Positions 1-12,819 of a stretch of 64,000 bases of DNA are shown piece after piece; the first letter of the stretch is position 1, and each line of letters begins with the position of its first letter. A model generated the notes under the pieces. That model searched no databases, was not told the DNA's origin, and worked only from the letters and a program-made list of their open reading frames with translations. Source of the DNA: the human T2T-CHM13v2.0 reference genome, Homo sapiens; assembly GCF_009914755.1 (NCBI RefSeq), contig NC_060925.1. One strand, written 5' to 3'. The position numbers and the translations under genes are program-made.

Positions 1-1560
1 GGTTTAATTTTGATGAAAGCCAATTTTTCTTTTTTTTTTTTTTCTCTTATGGTTTGTGGTTTTCGTGTGTCTCAGCTAAGAAATATTTGCTACTCAAGTC
101 TGTGAAAACATTCCTCTATGTTTTATTTTAGATATGTTGTAGTCTCACTTTTTACATTTAAGAGTATAATTTATTTCAAGTTAATATTCACTGTGTGGTG
201 TGAGGTAAGGCTCAAGATATACATTTTTTCCAGAAGGATATAAAGTTGATCCTGAACTATCTGTTGAAGATTATTGCCTCTCCAAGGTAATTAACTTGGC
301 ATCGTTGATGAAAATATACAAGTTGATCTACTTCTGGGTTGTATTCTGTTCCATTGATCTATTTGTCTATCATTATGATAATTTCATGCTGTCTTTAATA
401 CTTTAGTATTACAGTAAAGCTTCACAACAGAGGTACTACGGATATTCTGACATGAATCTTCTTTTTCATAGTTGTTATGACTATTATCTTTACATTTTTA
501 TATTATTTAAAATAAGATTATTAATATTTCAAAGTGACAGCTATAATTTCAGTTGAAACGTATTGAATCTGTAGGTTAATTTGGATATAATTAACATGTT
601 AAAATATTGAATCTTTTAACCCTTGAAGTAAGCTACATTCTCAGCTTATTTAGCTCTTTAAGAATTTCTCTCAGCAATGTTTATAGTTTCTTTATATGAG
701 ACTTGCACATATTTTGTTAAATTCTCCCATATCTATTTCATACTTTTGATGAATTTTAAAGGTTATATTTAATTTAAATTCCTAAATTATCTTTACAAGC
801 ATAGAAAAATAAAATTGATTTCTGTATAAGGAAGATCATTTTGATATTCCTAAGTCATTCATTAGTTCTACTAGCTTTATTATAGATTCATTACCATTTT
901 TAAAGAAATGTTCACTTAGCCTATTAATAAAGCTAGTTTTACTATTTCCTTTCTAACATGTACATTAACATTTATTTAATTTGCCTTATTGCACAGGTTA
1001 GGACCTTCAGTACAGTGTGAATAGAAGTAGAGCACACAGCTTTGACGTCTCAATATTAGAGTTTAGTACTCAGCCTATAAGCATCAAGTATAATAAAAAT
1101 ATGATGTTGCTTTTCTTCTATTTCCAGTATGCACAAATTTTTGTTAAAAACATTACTGATTTTTAAAATGCGGTTATTGCATCTGTTGATATGATCATAT
1201 ACTTATTTTCCCCTTTAATGTATTAATATGGTGAACTGCTCTGATTTTAAATGTTATATGACTATTGTAACCTTGGGATAAACCCAACTAGGTAACAGTA
1301 TGTTCTTTCTGTATATTACTGAATTGGATTTGCTACTGATTTGTTGGAAGATTTTTGCATCTGTGTTCATAAAACGTATCAGTTTGCAATTTTCTTTTCT
1401 CATGATGTCTTTGGCTTTGGCCTAATCAAATAATGCCGGCCTTACAAAATCACTATAAATTTTTTTTTCTCCTCTCCTTTATTTTCTGGATATAAGCTTG
1501 TACAGAAGAGGTTTTATTTCTACCTTAATCACAGTTGGAATTTCCCATTTATTGATATGT
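1..1560 (-). mobile_element. Old L1 (L1M-type) ORF2 fragment
   Basis: T-rich antisense L1 motifs (tattctgttccattgatctatttgtctatc; ttattgcac...aggaccttcagtacagtg; gggataaacccaact). Confidence 0.75.
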
Positions 1561-3819
1561 CTAGTCATTTCAATTGGATACTGGCCAATGTGAATGTTAT
1601 CTTATACAATGTTTAAAATGGGGTGCTTCATTTTGGTAGAATTAGTTTGATACCTTGAAGGTCTGCTGGATTTTTAAACTTTCAAGGGCAGTGTTAGTAG
1701 ACAAAGTTCTAAGATGTCAAACCTCAAATGAGATTATAGATCAAGTGGATATCTTCACTGCAGACTGGTGAGACCTTGATGAGGGGAGCTACATAACCCA
1801 TTCCTGGAATCATTACCCACAGAAACACAGATAATAGGTTTGTGTCACTGTAAATTGAAAAGTTAGTGGTAAGCTTTTATTACTGAAAACTAATACTGAT
1901 CTATTTAGAGTACCCTTTGCTCTGGGGCTAAGTCAGTCTTACTAGCAAACTATGTATCTCATAAGATTTCAAATGCCCTGCTGATCGCCAAGGTCATTCT
2001 ACTATGTCTGCTCAGAGTGTGAATATCTCCCACCCTGTCTGAGCACTGAGAATTGTTCTGCTTATGATTCTTTGGTTGTTTTTAGCCTGGCTTTTAGAGT
2101 TTCATTTTGTACATGTGTGACCTAATACTCAGAAAAAAATTACAAAGCGCTGTTTTTAGATTTCTGGTGCTCTTTTTTCTGTGTCACTCTCTCCTCTAGA
2201 ATTTTTTTTTTCCACAACATGATGGAACATTACTTGTGTACTTGCAAACTATTTCATATATTTTGGCATATTTTTTTATTTTACTAGGTTATATTGTCAC
2301 TTTTCTAAGTGGATCTTTTAAATCGTATATTCTGTATAGTACAATAATTACATGTTATGTGTCAAGCACTGTGCAATCACTGGACATATAAACTCATATT
2401 CTGGTGTTAAATAGACATTGAAATGACTATGAATCAATAAGTTCAGTACTCTAACAGAATTTATATTAAGTGTGAAGATATATGAAAAAGTGAGAGTAGC
2501 AAAGATAAAATGATTTTCTCAATCTCCCTTGGTTGCTGCAGTCAGCTGATTTTTAAGTCTACAGAAAATATATGGAATGTTTTACGTATATGTTCTCACT
2601 CCCCATTTCCATTATGATAGCACTCTCCATATCTTTCACCTGGACAACTATAATAGCTTCCTAAATAATCACTCCTATGAGGTTTTTTTTGTCCTCCTCA
2701 CTGCACTCAACATTTCCCCTAGAGTTATTTTTTTAATCTAGTTAAAATTTTATGCCTTTACCGAATACTTGCATTATTCTCACACTACTTCTCCAAAAAA
2801 ACTTAGTAAAATTTAATTCACAATCACATGTACACACATGGATGCATACACATGTATTTGTGTATGTGTATGTGCACAATATGAAGTTCCAAGGCAAGGT
2901 GATTTGAGGTAATGATAGTTTTAACACCCCATTATAAGAATTGTCATCTCCACTTGCTGGCCATCCTACTGTTAAGATCTCATTCATTCTTTTTTTTTTT
3001 TTTTTTTTTTAAAAAAAACATATGTTAGGAGACTCTTTTCAAACCAAAACCAATTACTTCTGGGATAGGGAAACTAAATAATGAAAGCCTTAACTATCTA
3101 TTGTAGGTGTATGAGATTGACTAAATTCATCAAGCAATATACAGTGAGACTAGAGCATAACTGGAATAATTGGTTTGATATACATGGAGGTTATGAAGGG
3201 CAGGAAAGGGGGGTTGTAAGGCTCCAACTAAAGCTCTATGTAGTAAGGATAAGCTCATTGGAGTGGTATTCTTGGGAAGTATATAAAAGTGCATTGACTT
3301 TTTTACAGGGTGACAGGTAAAGGCAATGAGACAAGCTGCCACTGGAATTGACACCTATTACATCTTCTTCATCATTATGTCACTAGCGCATAGAACAAGA
3401 AATTGATCATAGTACAAATCTAGAAAATGTTATGAAAAAGTATTTAAGAGTGAAAGAGAGCATACCTGGTCTTTTTCATAAGACATTTATATCAAGGAAC
3501 TACTTGGCAGACTAAATACCATAGGCATAGGATATGATAGAATATGTCTGGCACTTTCTAAAAAAATAAGTATTATTTTACTCTGGTACTCAGAACCAAG
3601 AAATTGGGTGTTTGAAAATATACAACTATAAAAAACATTAATGGAGATAAACAAAAGATTATTTTAGTTAATTAAGTCATAAGTGGCCCACAAGAAAATG
3701 TCTCAAAATACCTAATATCCAGTGTCAATTTAATCAAATGTCAAGGAAAATAAACAGGAAAGATGGCTTAAACATCTTTTGCAATATTTAAATTTTTAAA
3801 TTTTCATTTAAAAATAATC

Positions 3820-4350
3820 AACACCAATGTTAATTTCTTGTTTTGATTAAATGGATAATGGTTATATATACCACATTAACATTAGGAGAAGCTGTGGGAT
3901 GTAGAGGGTATATAGAACTCTTTGCACTATCTATACTGCTTTTCCATAAATCTAAAACTATTGCATAAAAATTTTTACAAAGAAATAAAAAACATAAATG
4001 TGGTAAAAATAAAATTTTGAGTTAATACTGAATTTTAAAATACAGATTTAAGGAAAATCTGAGGGACAATTGATAACATTTGCATATAAACTGGATCCAT
4101 AAAATTATTATTGACCATTTTAGGGGTAAAAATTTTAGCATTGTTATGTAGCAGAATTTCCTTATGCTTAAGAGAGCTCCGCTGATATAAAAATATGTGT
4201 GTATTTAGGTATGCGTACAAAGAGATTAGTCAAAAGTGGCAAAATGTTAACAGTTTTTGCAGTTTTTGAATGTAGATGGAGAGAATATGGTTTTTTTTAA
4301 TTGTGTAACTGTTTTAAACAGTGTAAGTTTGATTTTTTGAAAGTAAAAAA
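3820..4350 (+). mobile_element. Old L1 (L1MC/ME) 3'-end fragments
   Basis: gaactctttgcactatc...aaatctaaaactatt and gtggcaaaatgttaacag...ttttgaaagtaaaa resemble L1M 3' UTR ends. Confidence 0.6.
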
Positions 4351-6519
4351 TAGTGAGGAATGGCATAAAAAATTAAAGATTCTCCAGACAGTGCTGGGCT
4401 TGAACATGGCCTTATGTTAAGTAGTTTCTGATGATCTCCACGATAATAAAAAAAATCAAAGAGAAAATATTTCCATCCAAAAAAATGAGAATTTTCAAAG
4501 GCTTAATGTTTTATATTTTGAAAATATAACAACTCTAAGCATTATGTTCTTAAGTAGGTTGTAAAAATGAAGTTTAAAATGATGTCTATGTGGGTGTTAT
4601 ATGGGAAATGAAGAAATCATTCAGCATGAAAAACTCACACTTTACCATTTGGTGAAAGTCAAGCCTGCACATCCATATGTTATTTAGAAACAGCTAAGAT
4701 GATTTCCAATATTTATATTGCTTGGAAATATTTTCCCACTCTCTTTCTTGGGTAGGAAAAAGTGATGCATTGGAATATCTAGTGATTTAGTACAAAATGG
4801 ATGATGGCTAAGCTGAGCAAAACCTTCATTTTCTGGTCAAATCATTTCTCCAAGATATGTACATGTATGTGTGTGCACTTTAAATATTATTATTTTTATA
4901 ATGGGAATCAAACTCTATGAATGATACATGTTTAAACAATATTGTCTGTGACATTGCTAAAAATACATTTACTTTTGCTTGGACTTTTAACTTCTTATTG
5001 TAATTAAAAATTATTTTAATTGTTAGAAGAACTAACTCCTACTGTTCTGGTATAATGTTGCATTCTTCTAGGCAGGTTTGAATTGCGAAGTACAAAGTAT
5101 TTCATTCAGTCAACACTTTACTGTTGAGATATGGTTCTCCTTTTCGTGAACAAATTACAATCAAATTCTGTGATATATAAAATACCGTAACCAAAGCATA
5201 GAAAATATCTCAAGGGTAGCCTCTGGACTAAAAAAGAAGCATGGAAAGTAGATAATTCACACTTTCATTCACTCCTTTGTTTTTACATCCTTTACTCCTA
5301 CTTGTGGGTGAAAATTTGCCAATTCGATTGTTATTTCTTCTCATATCTGTTCAAATGAAGTGGGAGATTTTCAGAGGACTCAACAGTTGAAAGAAAATTG
5401 GATGAGGAAGCTAAGAGAACTGAATATTCACAGACGACATAACACTTTATTGGGAAGATAGAGATATTGTGTTTATCTAAATTTAGCTATTAATTTACTC
5501 TTAAAACATGAATTCACCTCCCACTGATTTTCTGAGTAACCTCATCTGACTAGGAGACAAACAGCAAACTTCATTCAGCTGAAATTGATTAACTGGAGAG
5601 CGCAGTTTATTTTCAAAGTTCATTCAAGGTTTTTCAATGAAGAAGTTATCCTCCTAGTAAAGTACATGTTTTTTCTTTTTTGTTTTGGGGTGTGTGCATG
5701 TATGTGTGTGTGTGTGTGCATTTAATGATTTAGGAAATGCACAACAGAGAAGAAAATATGAAGTTTATTTCAGTCAGATTAAATGTTGAGCTACAGAAAC
5801 ATGTCTGATAACTAAACTGCTATAATATTGTGCCCTTTAATCGTGGTTTGCAACTGAGGAGGGGAATTTATGAAGGGTTCCACAACATGGAAGCATAAGG
5901 TTTCCCCAGGTGATTGTAGATCCGATATTTGACCCTAGAGAAGCTTTACTAGAATCGCTACACCCACAAGAGCTTGACAGAGAATACAAAATGTTACAAA
6001 AACACATTTTTGTATTAGTCATGTCTATGGCACGCTGCCATTGCCTCTGTCATATGTTTCAGTACCAATTGCCACTTCTAACAACACTATTATATTGGTG
6101 AAAAAAAGTCTCTCACTGGAAAAAAAATGATTTGACATAACCAAAGCCACGCTAACATCTGAATTTTGAACCATAAAAGGTGACACAAATTATTCACAAG
6201 AAAGAATCTTTAAAAAATAATGATATTGTGAGAGGGTATTGGAATTTGTATCCTGGTAAAAGAAAACGAGTTTAGGCTGACAATGGAGGTATGAAGATGG
6301 AGCCGCCTCCTGTGATACACAAACAGCAATAACTGTTGCAAATGTTCTGGGGGACATGAAGTGCAGCAGTAAGCTTATAGATACAACATGTGAATACCCA
6401 GAAAAAGATGAAAAGGGACTCTTTTGAAATAGCCTAAAGTGAGAGATGATAATGGCGTAGACTAGGGTTGTGATGCCGCTGTGGATTAGGTAGTACAACC
6501 GATAGGACAAGATGTGAGA

Positions 6520-6800
6520 TTGGATGCAGAGAAGGAAAGCATGACTCACAGGTTTTTGATTGAGTTCTATACAGATGGTGCTGGGAATAATGGGTGAGAA
6601 ACAGATTTTAAGTCAGAGAAAAATCAATAACTATTTTTAGACATCTTAATTTTAAGAGGGCTGTTAGAAATCTAATAAGAGATATTGACCATGCAGTTGA
6701 AGATTCAAAACTGAAGCTCATAGTGGATACTGAAGAAGAGTTTTAGTTTTGCAAATTATATAAATAGATGAGATCCTCTAAGAAAAAGGTGAATAGAAAG
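6520..6800 (-). mobile_element. L2 fragment
   Basis: Antisense L2 motif (ttttagacatcttaattttaagagggctgttagaaatctaa...gcagttgaagattc). Confidence 0.6.
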
Positions 6801-6809
6801 AAAAAAAAA

Positions 6810-7480
6810 CTCTTTTTAATTTTCCTTGTAGAGAATTTGATGATACATGGACAATGACAATTTTATTTCTTGTGTTCTGATGCTTATATCTTTTACTTTT
6901 TTCCAGCTTCACTGCCATTTTTATGATTTCCAGAAAAATACTGGATAAAAGTTGATTTAGTAGACACCTATGTTTGTACCTAAATGACAGCTTTTTAATA
7001 TGTGATTATTAAATATAATTTTTTCTTGGTTATTTTGAAGATAACTTGTCTTAGATTAAGAAGTTCTTTGGTCCTAGCTTTCCAATAGATTTTTTTTTTT
7101 AAGTTTTAATTATGAATGAATGTTGAAGTCTGTCTCAAATACTTTACTGCATTCATTAAAATTATGATATGGTTATTCTCTTTTAACATAATGATCTATT
7201 TCTGGAATAATTTCAACTTGGTGATTATATATTCTTTTATAAATATATTACTCGGTTTGTTTTCCTAAAATATTTTATATAATTTTTCAACTCTGTTAAC
7301 CAATTAAGTTAGACTCTAAATGTTATTTCCAAAACTATCCTGAATGAGTTTCGTATCAAGGCTATGTTATTCCCGTTAAATGAGTTGGGAAGATATATTT
7401 TCTATTCTCTGAGAAAATGTGTGTAAGCTCAGAATTATATGCTTTTGAAATCTCTCTTATAAACTGTTTGTAAAACATTA
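6810..7480 (-). mobile_element. Old L1M ORF2 fragment
   Basis: atgaatgaatgttgaa; gtatcaaggctatg; aaatgagttgggaag antisense L1 motifs. Confidence 0.65.
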
Positions 7481-7679
7481 TGGGAGAGCCCAGTTAGTTT
7501 TCCTCTAAACAAGTACAATACAAATTTGTTATGAAGATGACGAATAGGCACTCAAGATATAAATTATACCAGTTGCTTAAAATAGCACTGGTGGCTTAAA
7601 ACATCACTTACTGGTGGCTTAAAAATTAAAAAGATACTTCCAAGTATCCTTTTTAGTATTATAATGGCATGAGGGGGTT

Positions 7680-7820
7680 GTTTCTCATATCATCCCCATT
7701 TTACAACTTGAAAAACTCGAGCTTAAAGACTTGAAGAAGCCTGAGGTCATGCAGTCAGTACACAGGACAGCAACTACATCACCATGAAATGTCTCACTCC
7801 AGAATTCGCAGTTTCAATCA
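7680..7820 (-). mobile_element. MIR fragment
   Basis: catccccattttaca...aaactcgagctt...gaggtcatgcagtcagta is the antisense MIR core. Confidence 0.65.
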
Positions 7821-8097
7821 TGTTATTTTGACAAATTTATTATAAAAAGGACAATTTTCTGAAAGTAAACTTTGCTTACTTTTTAAACATAAATTATAAT
7901 CATGATTATATTTCCACAATTTAGGGTAAACCGAAGGAGCTATTTAAATAAATGGAAATGCAAATGCCTCATTTCATATCTTGTGAATATTGGAATCTAC
8001 ATATTTAATACCTATGAGAGTACAAGGACAAGAATATCATAAATATTGTCAAGTAAATACGATTTTAAATTAAAGTAATTATTATTTTATCACCAAC

Positions 8098-8567
8098 AGT
8101 ATTAGTTATCTACTGCCACATGACTAGTAACCTCCAAACTTCAGTGACTTAACCACCATTTTATTTCTCAAAACTCTGTGGGTCTGCATGATTCCTTGGG
8201 TTGGCTGGTAAGTAAGTTGGGAGCTGGACAGGTGAGGTGCTGGTATGGATGAGCCTCACTTTCCAAGTGATTTTTCATCCTTAGAGAGGCTAAACTGGGT
8301 TTCTTTATATGTAGTCTCTGAGCAGTGTTCCAAAACAGCAAAAGCAGAACCAGTATGACCTTTTAAGTCTTAGCTTCTGTTGTTACACAGTGTAAGTTTT
8401 GTTAGATTATATTGGTCAAAGCAAATCACAAAGCAAACCTTATATACAAAGATGGGGAAATAGATTTCACCTCTTCATGGTAAAAAGCTGCAAAATCACA
8501 CGGCAACAGGGCACAGATATATACAGCATGGTTTCTTGAGGGCCATTATTTAAAGAATCTCTTACAC
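8098..8567 (-). mobile_element. MLT1-family MaLR solo LTR
   Basis: gtattagttatctactgcc...cttcagtgacttaa...ttatttctcaaaactctgtgggtc; tattggtcaaagcaaatcacaaagc. Confidence 0.75.
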
Positions 8568-10609
8568 AAACTAAGTGACAGCTTGATGCACTGCCTTTTG
8601 AAAGGAAAAGTCCATAATTTTTTAACTTCATGCTGAGATATAAAATATATGGTATTGTTTTGAGAGCTTCATACAGCACTCCAAACTCTTTTTGTGGCAT
8701 TTTAATGAAACTAGGATGCCTTCATCTTTACACAATGTAAAAAGAGATCCTCTGAAATGTAATCTCAGTCATAAAAGAATGTAGGCACTAATAAAAAGAA
8801 TTTCATCAGGTGTCAAAATGAGAAATATTGAGATAAATGGTTGGGATAGAATTTGTAAATAATCTATTCATTTTGAAGGTATTATTAAAATAATGACAAA
8901 ATGAGAATCAGAAAATAGATTAATACAAATAGTCCGTATTTTTTTTTAGCAGTAGACTTTTTCAGCAAATTTGATCTCTCGATGGAAGCATACCAACGGC
9001 GTGCTAAAGGGAGAAAGAACTGAAGCCTGCTCTGAATTTTAGTTAAAATACACTCAAAATCACAAATTGTCTTTCGAAAATACATATTGTTTTAAGGTCT
9101 TGATACAATATCCATTCATAGAACACTTAATATGTTTCAGACATTATTTATTAAATCCTTACTATTAACCCTGATAAAACAGAGACATAATCTGTATGGC
9201 CTTTTAGTAGACAGGAAATAAGGCTCAAAATAGTAATCTGCCTACCTGTCTTAAGTGGTGGCACTCAAATTTAAAGTCATCATTTTAAGAGTTTACTTAG
9301 TGTTAATGTCATTACTGCCATTCAAAAATTTTGTCATAGCAAGTCATCACCATGTATATTTAAAATTTTTCAAAAATATTTCTTTTCTTAAATAATAATA
9401 AAAATAAGATAGCCTAGTTACAAAGGTCTTTTTAATAAAAAGTTGGCATTTGATGAATGCTAATGATATACGTAACAGGTTGTAGATGGAGTACTTCACA
9501 TATATTTTTCCATTTAATTTCACAAAGCCTTCTACAAAAGAGGCACTGTTATTTTTAAATTTCAGTTAAGAAATAGTCTTAGAGAGGCCCTAGCACCTAT
9601 CATACTGTATAAATCAGAATCTCTATGATCAGTACTTTAGAAATTCTTCCAAAAACATACTAATGTGCAACCAGAGTTGGAAGCTATTACTTTAAATTGT
9701 TTGCTATACATTGTTAGGAAAAAAAGTGATGACATAAATTTGGGGAAGGCTAGAGCAAACTGAATAGCAACCATTTCATAATTTTCTTATCATTGCATCA
9801 AAATTCCCTAGTATTTACAATTTTTCATTTCAAAATCATACACTAACAGGTAAGAATTTTAAGATATGTAAACACATTTTCTGAAGGAAATACGTTTTGC
9901 TGACACATTGCTAAAATGTATTACATTTTAATGACTTTTGGAGCTTTAAACTTTTAAGATAGAATATAATGTAAAACATGGGATATTTGTGATTGTGGGG
10001 AAAACGTGCACTTGAATTACTGCTTAAATCAACATTAGCGGTTTTTTTTACAGAAGCATTTAAGAAAAAAAAAGCAAGTACAATTTTGCTGTTCAATTTT
10101 CTAGCAATTCAAAGTATAATCTCATGTGATCTGTCATTTTTAAAGCAGTACCTTCAAAAAAGTTCACATGCATCTTTTTCTTGAATTCTTTTCAAAGTCT
10201 ATTCCCTAAATTAACTCTATTTACATATACCTGAATACATTTCAATGTATTAGTCTATTGCATGGTAAGCCTATGTGTGTATTAAACAATTATCTATAGC
10301 CAAATATCACCCATCTATGTGTAAACCTATGTATAAATGAGTAGATATGGCACTTGAAATTTGTGTCTATATTATGCATAAATCTACTACTGCTAATATA
10401 TTTAGGCTTATTAAGGCATCCATTATGTTAAGGTACTAAAATCACCAAGTTATATAAAAAAATTAAGACTCAAGCAAAAGTATTATCTTGTCACATATTA
10501 AAGTGGATAAATCCTCTCGTATCAAGTAAATTAGTTTTAATAATCATTTTCAGTTCTTTAGAATCTTGAATACTTTAAGTTGCCACTTAGTTCAGAGACT
10601 TAACCCTTA

Positions 10610-10783
<174 letters not shown>

Positions 10784-11470
10784 TCAAAATAAAAACATCA
10801 TAGCATAAGTTACAATGTTTATAACATATAAAGTAAAAGTAAGCAATCAGTTTGCTTGGTCACATCCATAGTTAAAACTTAAACATAAAAATTACTCTGA
10901 GGACTTGTTAAGGATACCTATTATTTCCATAGAAGAAGGTAGTAATAGCTAATTCAATCATAGCTAATTACTAGCACTTAGAATATTAGAAAAGATTAAG
11001 AGAAAAAATAGCTAGACAGACTTAAAAATAATTTTCCTAGAAAATTTCTGCAGTCAGAAGCTTTCAGACATGTAGCAAAACTAATAGTTTGTAATAGGAA
11101 TTTCCAAGGAGAAATCAAAAATGTACATATAATAATAACATGCTTAGAAAATTACTTTTTTATATAATAGTAAAGGTAAAATAATTTTGACCTGTGTGTA
11201 TGTGTGTGTGTGTGTGTCTGTGTGTGTACCTGTGTGGTATGTTTGAAGACATAAAAAACTCTTAGATATAATAAAATACATCAAAAAAAGTTTTTAAAAA
11301 GACACTTAAAGTAAGAAAAGGAATCAAAACCATGCTTAACACGAACTCCTTTACATAGTAGTCACCCCATAAATTCAATGAATTGAAAAAATCAAGGAAG
11401 ATTATTAGATAAATGAACCACACAGTTAGCTAATACATTTTTGGAAAGGAAGCACAAAGGTGCTCTAGGG

Positions 11471-11677
11471 TAGCACTGTCCATTTAACAGTCACCAGCCA
11501 CATAATTCTATTTAAATTTGAAGTAACTAAACTTAAACAAAGTTAAGAATGTAATTACTCAATCACACTAGCCACATTTCAAGTGCTCATAGTTGCACAT
11601 GGCTAGTGGCTACCATATTAGAAAGTGGAGGTATAGAAATTTTTCACCATCACAGAAAGTTCTATTTGACAGCACTA
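11471..11677 (-). mobile_element. MER3-like hAT-Charlie DNA transposon relic
   Basis: ctagccacatttcaagtgctca...catggctagtggctaccatatt...catcacagaaagttctatt; TIR-like ends tagcactgtcc / gacagcacta. Confidence 0.8.
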
Positions 11678-11772
11678 TTAGTGAAAGGAAAGGAAGATCC
11701 AAAATACAGATAGACACGAGGGACTGTTTATCCAAATGCAGATAGAAGAAGTTGTTATTTATGGTTGGAAAC

Positions 11773-12132
11773 TGCTATAGACAGAATGATCATGTCCTCC
11801 CCAAATTTACATGTTGAAATCCTACCCTGCATTGTGAAGGTAGTAGGAGATGAGGCCTCTGGTAGGCCTCATCGTGAGGGCAGTCATCATGAATGGGATT
11901 AATACCCATATAAAAGACACCTGAGAGAGAGCTCCCTCGCTTCTTCAGCCATGTAAGGATGTTGCAAGAAGACAACAATCTAGGAACCAGGAAGCCAGTC
12001 TTTATCAGACATTGAGTCAGCTGGCTCCTTGATTTTGGACTTTGCAGCCTCCAGAATTGTGAGCAATACATTTCTGTTGTCTATAATCCACCCAGTCTAT
12101 GCTATTTTGTTATAGCAACTCAAAACAAGATA
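11773..12132 (+). mobile_element. MLT1A-like MaLR solo LTR
   Basis: tgctatagacagaatg...ccccaaatttacatgttgaaatcct...cagcctccagaattgtgag...tttgttatagca. Confidence 0.8.
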
Positions 12133-12819
12133 GTAACTTTAAGTTACAAGAAAGTTGATGAATAGTAGTCCAGCATGGTTTACATGTACCATATGTTCCT
12201 TACAGGCAAATATTCAAATATCAGAATGAGCCCAATAATTCTACTAAGATTCATCAAGTGAATACTTGTTAATCAATTTTACATGCTTTTAAATCTGAGG
12301 TTTGAGGGTTATAGATAACTTAATGGAGGATTACTGTCATTTCTCTTTCACTAGAAGTACACAATTTTAAAGGAAAGGGAAAAAATAGAAAGTAAACCAC
12401 TATATAAGTAAAAGGATGCCAAGTTATAATTTTTATTTTATTTTATTTCATTATGTTTAGTGTTGTGTTGAAGATAATGGGCCATTCTAGGGGTTTTAAT
12501 CCTGCTTTATCCCTCAGTATCTAATTAGACTTGGACAAGTTAAATTTCCTCATTAGTAAAATGCAGATATTCTGTATCTTACAGGATTTCTAAGGTGAAA
12601 TAGACAACACACATACACCTTTTAATAGAGGTTGGCAGTCAGTTATCGAAAAAACATAAGTTGTTTTTCTTATTATGTGTATCATCTTAGTAATAGTGAA
12701 GTAATATCATTAAGGATAAAAGATAAAGAACAAAAATGAATTTCTTAGGAAAAATTTAAAGTGAGACTTATCTGCTGACACCAGCAAGAAATGTAACATT
12801 AATAATAAAAGAAGAAATA

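Noticed and set aside
2990-3018. T21 directly followed by A8
   Set aside because: No associated element body or TSD; simple homopolymer junction.
5500-5640. Unique-looking segment that might be a conserved enhancer (similar impression near 58000-58450)
   Set aside because: Conservation and chromatin state cannot be judged from this sequence alone.
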